Assembly (NCBI GenBank): GCA_963666985.2
Contig: CAXXIA010000003.1
Location: forward strand, 64,001 to 128,000
DNA from: Spirochaetia bacterium
GTDB lineage: Bacteria > Spirochaetota > Spirochaetia > DSM-2461
DNA length: 64,000 nt
Reading direction: 5' to 3'
In this document: positions 19,851-28,973 of the stretch, piece after piece
Numbering within the stretch: the stretch's first letter is position 1
How the letters are laid out: each line of letters begins with the position of its first letter
Notes under the pieces: generated by a model
Databases searched by the model: none
Told to the model about the DNA's origin: nothing
The model's input: only the letters and a program-made list of their open reading frames with translations
Position numbers and translations under genes: made by a program

Positions 19851-21302
19851 TTATTCCTCAACAATCTCGAATTGCCCCATCATTCCATTGTCCTCGTGCT
19901 CAAGAAGATGACAATGATACATATAGACTCCGGGATACGAATGAAAACGGATAATAACGCGAATCTGATCGCCCGGCCAAAGCAGTACGGTATCTTTCCA
20001 TCCGGAAAGTTCCGGCGGCGGAGATTTTCCATTGATATCAAGAATCTGAAACTGAACGGCATGGATATGAAAACTGTGGGGCTGACTCATCATTCCGCTC
20101 ATTCCGCCGCCGCCCATACCGTCAATATTCACAATGTGCCAGATTTCCGTATCGCCAAGCCGAACAACCTCATCGATACGATTCATATTCATCTGCCGCC
20201 CGTTGATGAACATTCTCCCGCCCATACCGAACTGAAGTTCAAACCGCCGTGTTAACCGTGCCTCACTCTCTTGGATTGGCTCAATTGAAGTAAGATATTC
20301 AGGAACGGATAGAAACTCAGCATCTTGATTCCCGATATGGAATTCCATCGCGGTATAGGTATTTCGGCCGTTAGTATCGGCGACAAGCCGAACGGTTTCG
20401 GAATCAGCGCTTGCGAAATCAATAAGAACCTCAGCCCTTTCACCGGGTGAAAGAATAATGGACTCCAACGGTACGGGCCGCTCCAAAAAGCCGCCGTCCG
20501 ATGCAATCTGATAAAGGGAATCAACGCCGTCGAAGCGGATACGAAGTAAGGTCGAATTGGACCCGTTCAGAAGACGGAGCCGAGATAAACCGCGGGGGAC
20601 ATCGGCATAGGGCTCAACGGAACCGTTCACCAGGAGCCGATTGCCGAAATAGCCGTGCATCAAGTCCGGCATCCCCGGACGATAATCAAACCTCCCCTCT
20701 CCGTCGAAACGCCGCTCCTGCAGAATAATGGGAAGATCATCGACTCCATATTCATGCGGAATTTGAAGACGATCGGAAACCTCGTCGTCAATTATCAGCA
20801 TCCCGGCCAATCCTTTATAGACTTGTTCGCCGGTCGTTTTAATAAAATGCGGATGATACCACAGTGTCGCGGCCTGCTGACGGACTCTGAATTGAGCGGT
20901 CCAAGAACGTCGAGGACGAATTCCTTGATGAGGTCCGCCGTCGGATTCCGCCGGAACATCCGCTCCATGCCAATGAACCGTTGTCGGGTTATTCAGGTGA
21001 TTGAAAACCGTAATGGAAATACGATCATTACGCCGAACCCGTATCGTCGGCCCCAGGTAATTCCCGTTATACCCCATGGTAGAGGTTGTTGTTCCATCGA
21101 AAAAATCGGTCTCACCTTTTTGGGCGGTTAGGATGAAATTTTTCGTACCGTCACTTGATGTCCGATACTCAAGCAAGGAAGGAATCGGCAAAGGATTTTT
21201 GGATTCAAGGCTTGATGCCGGATTCATGAAAACGAGGAACAAGATTCCGAGAAGAACGAATCTCATCCGATCATGATTCTCTAAGAATCGGATTCCACTC
21301 AT
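19851..21302 (-). CDS. Multicopper oxidase (CueO-like), exported
   Basis: All four Cu motifs: HWH, WYHPH, HSFHIH, HCHLLEHEDNGMM; Met-rich loop; hydrophobic signal peptide. Start uncertain (21302 or 21266). Confidence 0.92.
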   Translation of the reverse strand: MSGIRFLENHDRMRFVLLGILFLVFMNPASSLESKNPLPIPSLLEYRTSSDGTKNFILTAQKGETDFFDGTTTSTMGYNGNYLGPTIRVRRNDRISITVFNHLNNPTTVHWHGADVPAESDGGPHQGIRPRRSWTAQFRVRQQAATLWYHPHFIKTTGEQVYKGLAGMLIIDDEVSDRLQIPHEYGVDDLPIILQERRFDGEGRFDYRPGMPDLMHGYFGNRLLVNGSVEPYADVPRGLSRLRLLNGSNSTLLRIRFDGVDSLYQIASDGGFLERPVPLESIILSPGERAEVLIDFASADSETVRLVADTNGRNTYTAMEFHIGNQDAEFLSVPEYLTSIEPIQESEARLTRRFELQFGMGGRMFINGRQMNMNRIDEVVRLGDTEIWHIVNIDGMGGGGMSGMMSQPHSFHIHAVQFQILDINGKSPPPELSGWKDTVLLWPGDQIRVIIRFHSYPGVYMYHCHLLEHEDNGMMGQFEIVEE

Positions 21303-21394
21303 TGAGTTATGGCCCTTCATAATTTTCAATTATAAGAGTCTGAGCGGAATATTTAAAATTTAACCATCACCGAATTCCCGTGAACGGTATGAAC

Positions 21395-22453
21395 CTACCA
21401 GCGGTTGAACACGTCTTCGGCGAATCCCGGAAGGCCGTTCAGTTCCAGATTCGTACCGTCGTCCAGCAACGCCGTACCGGAGAAGCGCCCGAAAACCTGA
21501 TGCTGCACCGATTTAATCAGCAAAAAATCGGTTTTCGAGAACCGATCGACTGCGGGCGTGAAACAGAGATTCAGCCTGCCGTCTTCATCACGAATCTCCC
21601 ACGGAACAAGGTAATTCGCCTCGTCATAGAAAAACTTCACATCGCCGAGTTTATGGGCAACGCCCTTGTAAAAAAGGACGTTTTCACTTGCCGGGCTTCG
21701 GTCCGAAAAACCGTATCCGAGATTGAAGCCGAAATCATTTCCGCCGATTATTCCGTTCGCCGAACTCCAAAACCAGCGGTTTCTATACGTCCATGCGCCC
21801 CGTCCCCAATCCAGACCGCCGAACGCCGTTTCCGGCCGGAATACATACTCGCTGTTTCCGGCCTTCACCGTGCCCGAGACCCTCATGCAGTTAATCTTCC
21901 GGTTGTAGTAAAACCGGCGGCGATTCTCGGCCCAGGAGGTGGCGATGTTTATGCTTTCCAGCTTCTTCGGCTGCTCCAGTATTATCTCGCCTTTCACACC
22001 GGAGCCGCCGGTTCCGATATCGAGGGACGGGGCGCTGAAGATCAGTCGACGATGAGCGCCGGCCGTTTCGAAGCGCAGGCTGAGATTTTCGCTTTCGTAC
22101 GAGAGAACGCCCGACTCCGAAACATCGGCATCGGAAGGATTCACCGCCGTAACCCGTCCGCGGGTCAGCGGTGCAAGAGCATCTGCCTGTGAAGTCCTCC
22201 CCGCCTCTAAATCGATCCAGCAGAGCGCCATTAATCCGGCATACCCCAAATCACTGATGGTGAAGGAAATGCCTTTCTTCAAATCGTCGGAGAGGACATA
22301 GTAGTAATCCCACTCTTTGATACGCCACCAGGGTGCTTTAACATCGCCTCGGCGATACTCCCAATAGGGATGACGAGCCCAGCCTTCTTCCGTAATCCGG
22401 CCCCCGCCGTCAAGAAGAGGAAAAGATTGAGTAATCTCATTTTGCCGATTCAT
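21395..22453 (-). CDS. DUF2804 family protein
   Basis: GWARHP, RIKEWDYY, LDWGRG.W.Y...W.W, GFNLG.GF, EN..F, HQVFG.F.G, C-terminal GFAE...RW. Confidence 0.85.
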   Translation of the reverse strand: MNRQNEITQSFPLLDGGGRITEEGWARHPYWEYRRGDVKAPWWRIKEWDYYYVLSDDLKKGISFTISDLGYAGLMALCWIDLEAGRTSQADALAPLTRGRVTAVNPSDADVSESGVLSYESENLSLRFETAGAHRRLIFSAPSLDIGTGGSGVKGEIILEQPKKLESINIATSWAENRRRFYYNRKINCMRVSGTVKAGNSEYVFRPETAFGGLDWGRGAWTYRNRWFWSSANGIIGGNDFGFNLGYGFSDRSPASENVLFYKGVAHKLGDVKFFYDEANYLVPWEIRDEDGRLNLCFTPAVDRFSKTDFLLIKSVQHQVFGRFSGTALLDDGTNLELNGLPGFAEDVFNRW

Positions 22454-22560
22454 TGATATCCTCCGCATCAGAAAGTTATGTAACGGAGCGGAGGCAAGCC
22501 GGAGGGGGCACCGAACCGTGGAACGGCTCCCGTCTCTTACAAAACCGCCGCAGCTCTATA

Positions 22561-22667
22561 AGGCGATTTCAAAAATCAGCGATTTTTGAAATGGAACCCT
22601 TCTATTTTGATGTAGAAGGGATTTCGGCCATCGGTTCCAAGCAATTTCATAGATTATGAAATTACCT
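22561..22667. repeat. ~107-bp structured dispersed repeat (MITE/REP-like), copy 1
   Basis: Begins AGGCGATTTCAAAAATC..GATTTTTGAAAT and ends TGAAATTACCT (imperfect terminal IR); homologous to 31900-32006. Confidence 0.7.
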
Positions 22668-22680
22668 CATATAATACACG

Positions 22681-22713
22681 AAAAAAGGGCCGCTCCCGGT
22701 GGAAACGGCCCTT
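22681..22713 (-). terminator. Rho-independent terminator of the minus-strand envelope operon
   Basis: Stem AAGGGCCG/CGGCCCTT followed by a T-run on the minus strand, 20 bp past the stop at 22734. Confidence 0.8.
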
Positions 22714-22733
22714 GTAACTGCAGAAAAAAGTCG

Positions 22734-23456
22734 TTATTTCAGAATGATACGGTAGGTGTAATACTGGGTGGTACCGGATGTTGCGTAATAATTGAACGCA
22801 ACGCCTTCGGCATCATCGGAAAGATCCGTACCGCTGCCGCTGTAGGTTCCGCCTCCGATGGTCTCATACGCGGGAGTTCCGGCAGAGACCGTCGGATTTC
22901 CACCGAAAGTCACTCCAAAGCTAACCATTGTACCGCCGGTCGGCCTATCGTAATCGATAATCACCGTGTTCTCGGCGAATTCGAGAGTTTGAATCTCCTC
23001 CGGAGGATCCTGGAAATCAAAAACATCCCCGTCGATTCCTTCAATTTCACAAGTTTCGATTCCCGGCGCCACTTCTATGGAAAGGGTATTAAGTCCCCTC
23101 TTTACCGTATATTCCTTAATGGCAAGCCCAACGTTGTCCCCTGATGAATCCTGTAAAACAACTCCGAAAACATAATCGCCCACGGGAAGATTGGCGATAA
23201 CAACCTGGCCGTCGATAAAGGCTTCGAGAGCTTCACCCTCGAACAGATTCAGCGAATAGACCTTGTCTTTTTTTAAGACGATGACATAACCTTCCGCTCC
23301 GTCTTCTTCGGCGTCCGGAGAAACGAACAGTCCCTCACTCGACGATTGCGGGAGAGAAATCCGCACCGTGGTTTCCCCGCCGACAACACCGGAACAGGCA
23401 CTTAGGAGAATTACGGCCGCCATGGCCGCTAAAACAATCAAAAGCTTCTTCATCAT
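22734..23456 (-). CDS. Hypothetical lipoprotein, beta-rich and acidic
   Basis: MMKK plus hydrophobic stretch and lipobox LSAC; alternating beta-strand pattern; GGAGGGA RBS. Confidence 0.75.
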   Translation of the reverse strand: MMKKLLIVLAAMAAVILLSACSGVVGGETTVRISLPQSSSEGLFVSPDAEEDGAEGYVIVLKKDKVYSLNLFEGEALEAFIDGQVVIANLPVGDYVFGVVLQDSSGDNVGLAIKEYTVKRGLNTLSIEVAPGIETCEIEGIDGDVFDFQDPPEEIQTLEFAENTVIIDYDRPTGGTMVSFGVTFGGNPTVSAGTPAYETIGGGTYSGSGTDLSDDAEGVAFNYYATSGTTQYYTYRIILK

Positions 23457-23462
23457 TCCCTC

Positions 23463-24125
23463 CTACTGCAGTTCAATCCGAACCGATCCGACGCGGGACG
23501 ATGATGAACGGCGGCGATAACGGTCGTCTCCGATCGTTCCGGCCTCCGGAGAAACACCCCAGATTTCATCGAACGTTTCCATGGGATTAAGAGGAGGAAG
23601 CCCCGGAACCGACCAGGAATAGGTACCGCCGGGACTCAGAACGACGGCCTGACCTTCGGTGAAGCTGACCAAACCTTCGAGAGTCTCCAGCTTATCGTGA
23701 CTGACATAAAAGTCCGTTCCGCGTACGGCGGCGGTGGCCACCGGCGTACTGACCCGAAAATCAATCTGCCTTTGGGTGCTTCGCGTAGCCCTGGTAACCG
23801 GGGGTTTCGTGGCCCGAACCCGGCCGGTCTGCAGCGATACGGCCGTTCGATCGGTATCGCCGTCGGTAACCAGACTGTCGATAACAACGCGTGTAAGGGG
23901 CTGAAGATTCAATTCCATGCCGCCGGCCGAAAGGCGGGCCCGAGAACCGAAACCCGTGGAAATCATGGAAGCCGAGGAGATTTTCTGTCCTACGGCGGCG
24001 GGAACCCAATCCCGACCGGGCTCTTTAATTTCAACATTTCCGGAGAGACTTAAAACCGTCACCTCCGCGGCGCCTATGGAAAAAGCTAGAGACGCCAATA
24101 AAACAATTAGTGCAATTTTCTTCAT
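23463..24125 (-). CDS. Exported FecR-domain protein
   Basis: Signal peptide; ISTGFGSRARL, SLQTGRVRA, FRVSTPVATAAVRGTDF, EGLV FecR signatures. Confidence 0.85.
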   Translation of the reverse strand: MKKIALIVLLASLAFSIGAAEVTVLSLSGNVEIKEPGRDWVPAAVGQKISSASMISTGFGSRARLSAGGMELNLQPLTRVVIDSLVTDGDTDRTAVSLQTGRVRATKPPVTRATRSTQRQIDFRVSTPVATAAVRGTDFYVSHDKLETLEGLVSFTEGQAVVLSPGGTYSWSVPGLPPLNPMETFDEIWGVSPEAGTIGDDRYRRRSSSSRVGSVRIELQ

Positions 24126-24134
24126 ACACTCCTC

Positions 24135-25442
24135 CTAGAAGCTCCAGGACCAGTCGAATCCCAGCCGAAACAGCATGGGAACTTTGTCGAACCAGTACTC
24201 CTGAAGCAGTGAATCCATTTCGATCGGGTCGCCGGCATACACAACGCCGAGCTTCAAATCCCAGCCGAAATCGGATTTCGGTCTCCAGAACCAGCTCATC
24301 AACAATTCCTGAGCAAGAAAGGTTCCGGAACCTGACGTTTGGGAAACCAGTGATGAAGAAACCGGACCATCGACGTTCCGTAGGAATGTTGTGGATCGCA
24401 GCTCCCAGGAATGCGTCAATTGGGGACGACGAGCATAAAACACAGCCACGGATGTTATGTTTCCCGGTTCAAATTCTATCACATATCCGCGGGTTAACAC
24501 GACCGAAACAGGAAGATATTGATAAAGAGAGGATCCGGAAGCGTTTCCAAGGGTATATCCGCCCCTATCCCAGCCGTCGCCCGTAGAGGCAATCACCTCA
24601 ACTCCCAAGCGGTTCGCGTTTCCCGGAATCCAGGAAAAGCCGAGACGCCCCAGTCCCGCCGTTACGGACGCATCACCGTAAACTCCGAACTGTCCGACAA
24701 AAGCCGCTTCATAAATAAAAGATCCCGCCAAAGAACCGTCCGCCGTGAGTTCCAGATAAACAGGATGAAATTGCTCGTTTCCGTTCTCCGCGAGCTGATC
24801 CTCTCCGGTGAAATCCTGAAGCGCCAGAAGGTAGGCGGATAAATTCACACTCTCGGTTAGGGCGGGAAGAGACCATTGGACGTACTCGATAAGACGCGGT
24901 GTTGAAAGAAGAGAATCCCGGCCGGTGTCCGTTGCCGTTAGATAAAATTCGGCGGAATCGCCGAAGGTCAGTCCGGTATAGCCCACGCCGGCACTCAGGT
25001 AACTTCTCCCCAAATTTACAGCGAAGTCAACACCGTCGAAGGGAGCGTCAATAATAAGACCCGAAGGATCCGAAACGATCTGACGTCCGGCCTTGTATCC
25101 GTATAACCCCGAATTCCCGTAGAAATTCAGTTTATCCAGAATGGGATAAAGCGTGTAGGAATAGCCGAGGAAGGATACGTTTATACCGGTATCCACACCG
25201 AAATCGAACGATCCGTCGAGTCCCACTCCGGCATCGATTTCCATATTGGCGGCTTGACTCCAGCTTCCCTTATACCATGCTCCGGCACTCGCGGTGGTAA
25301 CCACACCGGCCGATGATGCGTGAACTTCGGGAAAATCAAAACCGAGATTCGTCCGAATGCCCCACATCTGATCGAAAGCGCTCAAGGAAACGGCCGGAAT
25401 CAGGAACACAAGAAGCGCCGCGGCAGCGAATTGTTTTTTCAC
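24135..25442 (-). CDS. Putative outer-membrane beta-barrel protein
   Basis: Sec signal (SLSA|F), many aromatic amphipathic strands, AGRQ...D motif, C-terminal RLGFDWSWSF ending in Phe (BamA-type signal); GTG start. Confidence 0.7.
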   Translation of the reverse strand: MKKQFAAAALLVFLIPAVSLSAFDQMWGIRTNLGFDFPEVHASSAGVVTTASAGAWYKGSWSQAANMEIDAGVGLDGSFDFGVDTGINVSFLGYSYTLYPILDKLNFYGNSGLYGYKAGRQIVSDPSGLIIDAPFDGVDFAVNLGRSYLSAGVGYTGLTFGDSAEFYLTATDTGRDSLLSTPRLIEYVQWSLPALTESVNLSAYLLALQDFTGEDQLAENGNEQFHPVYLELTADGSLAGSFIYEAAFVGQFGVYGDASVTAGLGRLGFSWIPGNANRLGVEVIASTGDGWDRGGYTLGNASGSSLYQYLPVSVVLTRGYVIEFEPGNITSVAVFYARRPQLTHSWELRSTTFLRNVDGPVSSSLVSQTSGSGTFLAQELLMSWFWRPKSDFGWDLKLGVVYAGDPIEMDSLLQEYWFDKVPMLFRLGFDWSWSF

Positions 25443-25900
25443 AGCGTGCCTCCTTCAAGGGCGTCCGTAACATAGGTAATTCCCGTAAGGACTTCGTAGG
25501 GCGCCATGGCTCTGGTGTAGTAAAGTCTTGAGGGCTCTACGTATCCCAGATACCCCGCTTCCATTGCCGCATATCTGGGGGTTCCGAGGGCGTTGTACAT
25601 CAGTCCTCCCTTTATATCGAAGGCCTTGAAAAGAGCGAGATAAAAAAGTCCCAAGCTGATCGGATCCTCCGGGGTAAGATTCTTTAAATACTTTCCGAAA
25701 TTCTGCTCGGCTCCCCAAAAGAAACCGTCTTGAGGAACGGCTTCAAGCGGTAATTCACCCGAGGCTTGGGCAATGAGCAGCAAAGAGGTGGCGACATCGG
25801 CCTCTTCAACTTCCAGAAATCGATCCAGAAGATCATTGGATTGTCCCCACAAAGCGGTTGAAATGATAACAAAAATCGCCGCAAATACGACTTTTCTCAT
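25439..25900 (-). CDS. Exported hypothetical protein with weak SLH-like pattern
   Basis: MRKVVF signal peptide; TPEDPISLGLF resembles the SLH P..ITR.EF element; stop overlaps the beta-barrel start. Confidence 0.65.
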   Translation of the reverse strand: MRKVVFAAIFVIISTALWGQSNDLLDRFLEVEEADVATSLLLIAQASGELPLEAVPQDGFFWGAEQNFGKYLKNLTPEDPISLGLFYLALFKAFDIKGGLMYNALGTPRYAAMEAGYLGYVEPSRLYYTRAMAPYEVLTGITYVTDALEGGTL

Positions 25901-26053
25901 AATATTCCCCTTTCTTCCTACATAGTATCCGAAAAAGAGGACTATAACACGATTCATAGAACCCGAGGAACTCTCTTCATGGAATCCTTACATACGTATT
26001 TCATAAGTCATACGCGCTGGCTTAATCCGGCGAGGTTCGACTATCCTGAAGTT

Positions 26054-26548
26054 ATGAAAAACAGTATGACATGGGAAAGGACCTTCGTTCTGCTTAAACC
26101 CGATGCCGTTCGGCGTACCTTAGTGGGTGAAATCATTTCCCGATTCGAAAGGGCGGGACTCACGTGTACGGCATTAAAAATGACCTTGGCCAATCGGGAG
26201 CTGGCGGAATCCCACTATAAGGCTCATCAAGGGAAGCCGTTCTTCCCTCCATTGGTGGATCTTCTCTGCTCCGGACCTTGTGTGGCCATGTCCTGGGAAG
26301 GCGCTCACGCTGTTTCGGTGGTTCGGAAAATCGTCGGAGCCACGGAGCCGAAGGAAGCCTCTCCGGGAACCATTCGGGGCGACTTCTGCCATATGAGCTA
26401 CGAACGCAGCCGGGAGCGGCTCGGGGTTATCCCCAATCTGGTTCATGCCTCGGACTCATCCGAAAGCGCCGAAGAAGAACTGGGCCTTTGGTTTCCCGAT
26501 GGGAATTTCGCCTGTTCTTATCAGCGGGCCGATGCGGAGTTTCTCTAA
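26054..26548 (+). CDS. ndk: Nucleoside diphosphate kinase
   Basis: ERTFVLLKPDAV.R.L.GEII.RFE, HY..H.GKPFF, GAT.P.EA.PGTIRGDF, NLVHASDS. Confidence 0.96.
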   Translation: MKNSMTWERTFVLLKPDAVRRTLVGEIISRFERAGLTCTALKMTLANRELAESHYKAHQGKPFFPPLVDLLCSGPCVAMSWEGAHAVSVVRKIVGATEPKEASPGTIRGDFCHMSYERSRERLGVIPNLVHASDSSESAEEELGLWFPDGNFACSYQRADAEFL

Positions 26549-26604
26549 TCCGAAGGGATGCGCCGGTGCGGCCGCTCTTAAGCGGGATGCCCCGGAACGC
26601 CCGA

Positions 26605-27405
26605 TTAGCCCATCCCAAGCTCCCGAAGGGTTTTCACCGTCTGGGCCAGACCGGGGAGCTTGGGAGCCAGTTCATAAGCCTTGAAAACCTCATCGGCGGC
26701 GGCTTGATGACGGCCGGCGGCCGCAAGCAGCTCGGAAAGGAGTTTTCGAAGCCGCGCTTCCTCCTTCGGCGGATAGGAGAGCTTCACCAGATCATAAAGA
26801 AACGCCATCCGCAAACGGTTGTCATCGTTGTCGGGAAGTGATTTCTGTACAATGGAAGCCAACCGCTGTAAGACTTCGATATAAAAATGTTTGAAATAGG
26901 GATGTTCCTCTTCAAGTTCGGCAACACCCCTAAGCAGCCGGTAAGCCTTAACCACGGCGTCGCGCTCCAGGTACGCTTCGGCCAAAAGGAAGGCGTAGTC
27001 CATGAAATCCTCGCGCTCCAGATATTGCCGAAGAGAAAAGAATCCGCCCGATTGGGCCTCGTCGTAAAGATCGACGGCTTCCGAATCCCTGTCGTGAAGT
27101 AAATCGTAACAGACGAGTTTGGCCAGACTCTCCGGATCGTCCTTCCGTCCGTGGAGAAAATCCCGGTAATCCCATTCCACCGTTGTTGCGGATTTTCGGG
27201 CCGCCTTCCTGGTGATATCGTAGGCTTCCCGAGTGGAGGTATCCGAAAGGACTTCGTAGGCTTCTTTAAGGGCCAGGAACCTGGCGGTTCCTTCATCTCC
27301 CACCAAATCGGGATGAACTTCTTTTGCCTTGGCCCTGTAGGCCCGCCGAATCTCGTTAATCCCGCACTCAGGTTTGAGTCCCAGGATCATGTAATAATCT
27401 TTCAT
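26605..27405 (-). CDS. J-domain (DnaJ class C) protein with helical C-terminus
   Basis: MKDYY.ILG...IRRAYR.KAK..HPD...F..L.EAYEVLSD; no zinc finger. Confidence 0.88.
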   Translation of the reverse strand: MKDYYMILGLKPECGINEIRRAYRAKAKEVHPDLVGDEGTARFLALKEAYEVLSDTSTREAYDITRKAARKSATTVEWDYRDFLHGRKDDPESLAKLVCYDLLHDRDSEAVDLYDEAQSGGFFSLRQYLEREDFMDYAFLLAEAYLERDAVVKAYRLLRGVAELEEEHPYFKHFYIEVLQRLASIVQKSLPDNDDNRLRMAFLYDLVKLSYPPKEEARLRKLLSELLAAAGRHQAAADEVFKAYELAPKLPGLAQTVKTLRELGMG

Positions 27406-27501
27406 TCCGGACTACCGCTCCATGAAGCAGATATTATAGTCGGACAGAGGAAAATCCGGCAGACTGTTGTTCTTTGGAAATTCCGGATGGAACCCGAGCC
27501 G

Positions 27502-28170
27502 CTAAAGATTGCCGCTCCGGTTCATTTCCAGTCTCTCGCCCGTTCGGGCATAATAAATCCATTCACACATATTGGTCACCCGATCCCCAAGGCGTTCCAT
27601 GAATCTGTTGAGAAATAAAAGGGACACGATATCTTCGGGGTTGTACTCTCCGCCGTTTTTCAATGCCGTTAAGGCCAGATTGTAGAAATCGTCATGGATT
27701 CGATCGATTTCCGAATCCATCGCCGCCACATCCAGGGCGCTCTTGGAATCGTGTTCGGTGAAGGCTTCCAAAGCCTCCTTCATCATCACAAGAACGCGCG
27801 CCAGCATCGCGTCAAAATACGGTAGCGCCAGAACCAGTTCGGATGTTCCTATTCGGCCGGTCCGCTTCGCCAGGCTTCTGGCATGATCCCCCATGCGCTC
27901 GAGTTCCGAGGAAAGTTTGAGAACGGTAAGAACGTCCCTCAAATCACTTGCCATGGGCTGCTCACGGGCGATAATCATGGCACAGACCCGTTCAATTTCT
28001 TCTTCCATGGCGTCAATGGCCGAATCGGATTCGATTATTTTCTCCGCCGAATCGATATCGTTCGATTTTACCGCGGTCATGGCGCCGGAAAGAGAGCGCT
28101 CCACGAGAAGACCCATTTTGAGAATCTCATCATGCAGAACATGTAATTCGCGTTCGTATCGCTCTCTCAT
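27502..28170 (-). CDS. phoU: Phosphate signalling protein PhoU
   Basis: QPMASDLR, LERMGDHA, ERLGDR.TNMCEW. Confidence 0.95.
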   Translation of the reverse strand: MRERYERELHVLHDEILKMGLLVERSLSGAMTAVKSNDIDSAEKIIESDSAIDAMEEEIERVCAMIIAREQPMASDLRDVLTVLKLSSELERMGDHARSLAKRTGRIGTSELVLALPYFDAMLARVLVMMKEALEAFTEHDSKSALDVAAMDSEIDRIHDDFYNLALTALKNGGEYNPEDIVSLLFLNRFMERLGDRVTNMCEWIYYARTGERLEMNRSGNL

Positions 28171-28973
28171 ACGCTGTACCGTGTACCTTTTGAGTGTTTG
28201 CCGGTAATGTAATCTTCCGTCCGCTTGTCCGAAGGATTCACCAGGATGTCGTCCGTATCCTCATATTCCACCAATTCTCCGTATCCCCCCGCGCCGGGAA
28301 GAAACAGGGCGGTTTTTTCGGCGAGCCGTCCGGCTTGAAGATGATCATGCGTGGCGAAAATGACTCCGACATCCTCCTTAAGCTGAATAAGAACGTCTTC
28401 AATACGGCCGGTGGCGATGGGATCGAGACGGCTGGTGGGTTCGTCCAAAAGGAGCGCGTCCGGTCCAACCGCCAGCGCCCGGGCGATGCAGAGCCGCTGC
28501 CGCTGTCCGCCCGAAAGGCGCAGGGCGCTCTTGCGGAGCATTCCCTTCACCTCGTTCCACAGTCCCGCGCGCTTAAGGCAGTTCTCCACGAGTTCATCGT
28601 AATCGCCATTATAACCGTTTACCCGCGCGCCCCAGGCCACGTTTTCCCAAATACTTCTGGGGAAACAGGTCGGTTCGGAACTGATGAAGCTGAGTCTTCT
28701 CCTGAGTTCTTCGGGCGAAAGTTCGTTTCGATACGCGTCTTCTCCGTAAAAAAATACGGAGCCTTCAACGGAAGATCCGGATTTCAGCTCAATTAGACGG
28801 TTCAGCGCAAGCAGAAGACTGGTTTTCCCGGTTCCCGTCGGTCCGATGAGCGCCGTGACGGCGCGATTGTCGAAATCCATGGAAACATCTCCCACAACGG
28901 GTGTTTCATTATAGGAAACGGTGAGATGCCTGACACAAAGAAAATCACGGCCATCGGCCGCATGAGAACTCAT
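28167..28973 (-). CDS. pstB: Phosphate ABC transporter ATP-binding protein
   Basis: Walker A GPTGTGKT, LSGGQRQRLCIARALA, DEPTSRLDP, RTEDYITG; ATGA overlaps with both neighbours. Confidence 0.92.
   Translation of the reverse strand: MSSHAADGRDFLCVRHLTVSYNETPVVGDVSMDFDNRAVTALIGPTGTGKTSLLLALNRLIELKSGSSVEGSVFFYGEDAYRNELSPEELRRRLSFISSEPTCFPRSIWENVAWGARVNGYNGDYDELVENCLKRAGLWNEVKGMLRKSALRLSGGQRQRLCIARALAVGPDALLLDEPTSRLDPIATGRIEDVLIQLKEDVGVIFATHDHLQAGRLAEKTALFLPGAGGYGELVEYEDTDDILVNPSDKRTEDYITGKHSKGTRYSV

Noticed and set aside
19705..19911. 68-aa ORF as an independent gene
   Set aside because: Its only recognisable part is the duplicated radC tail; treated as an att-like remnant.
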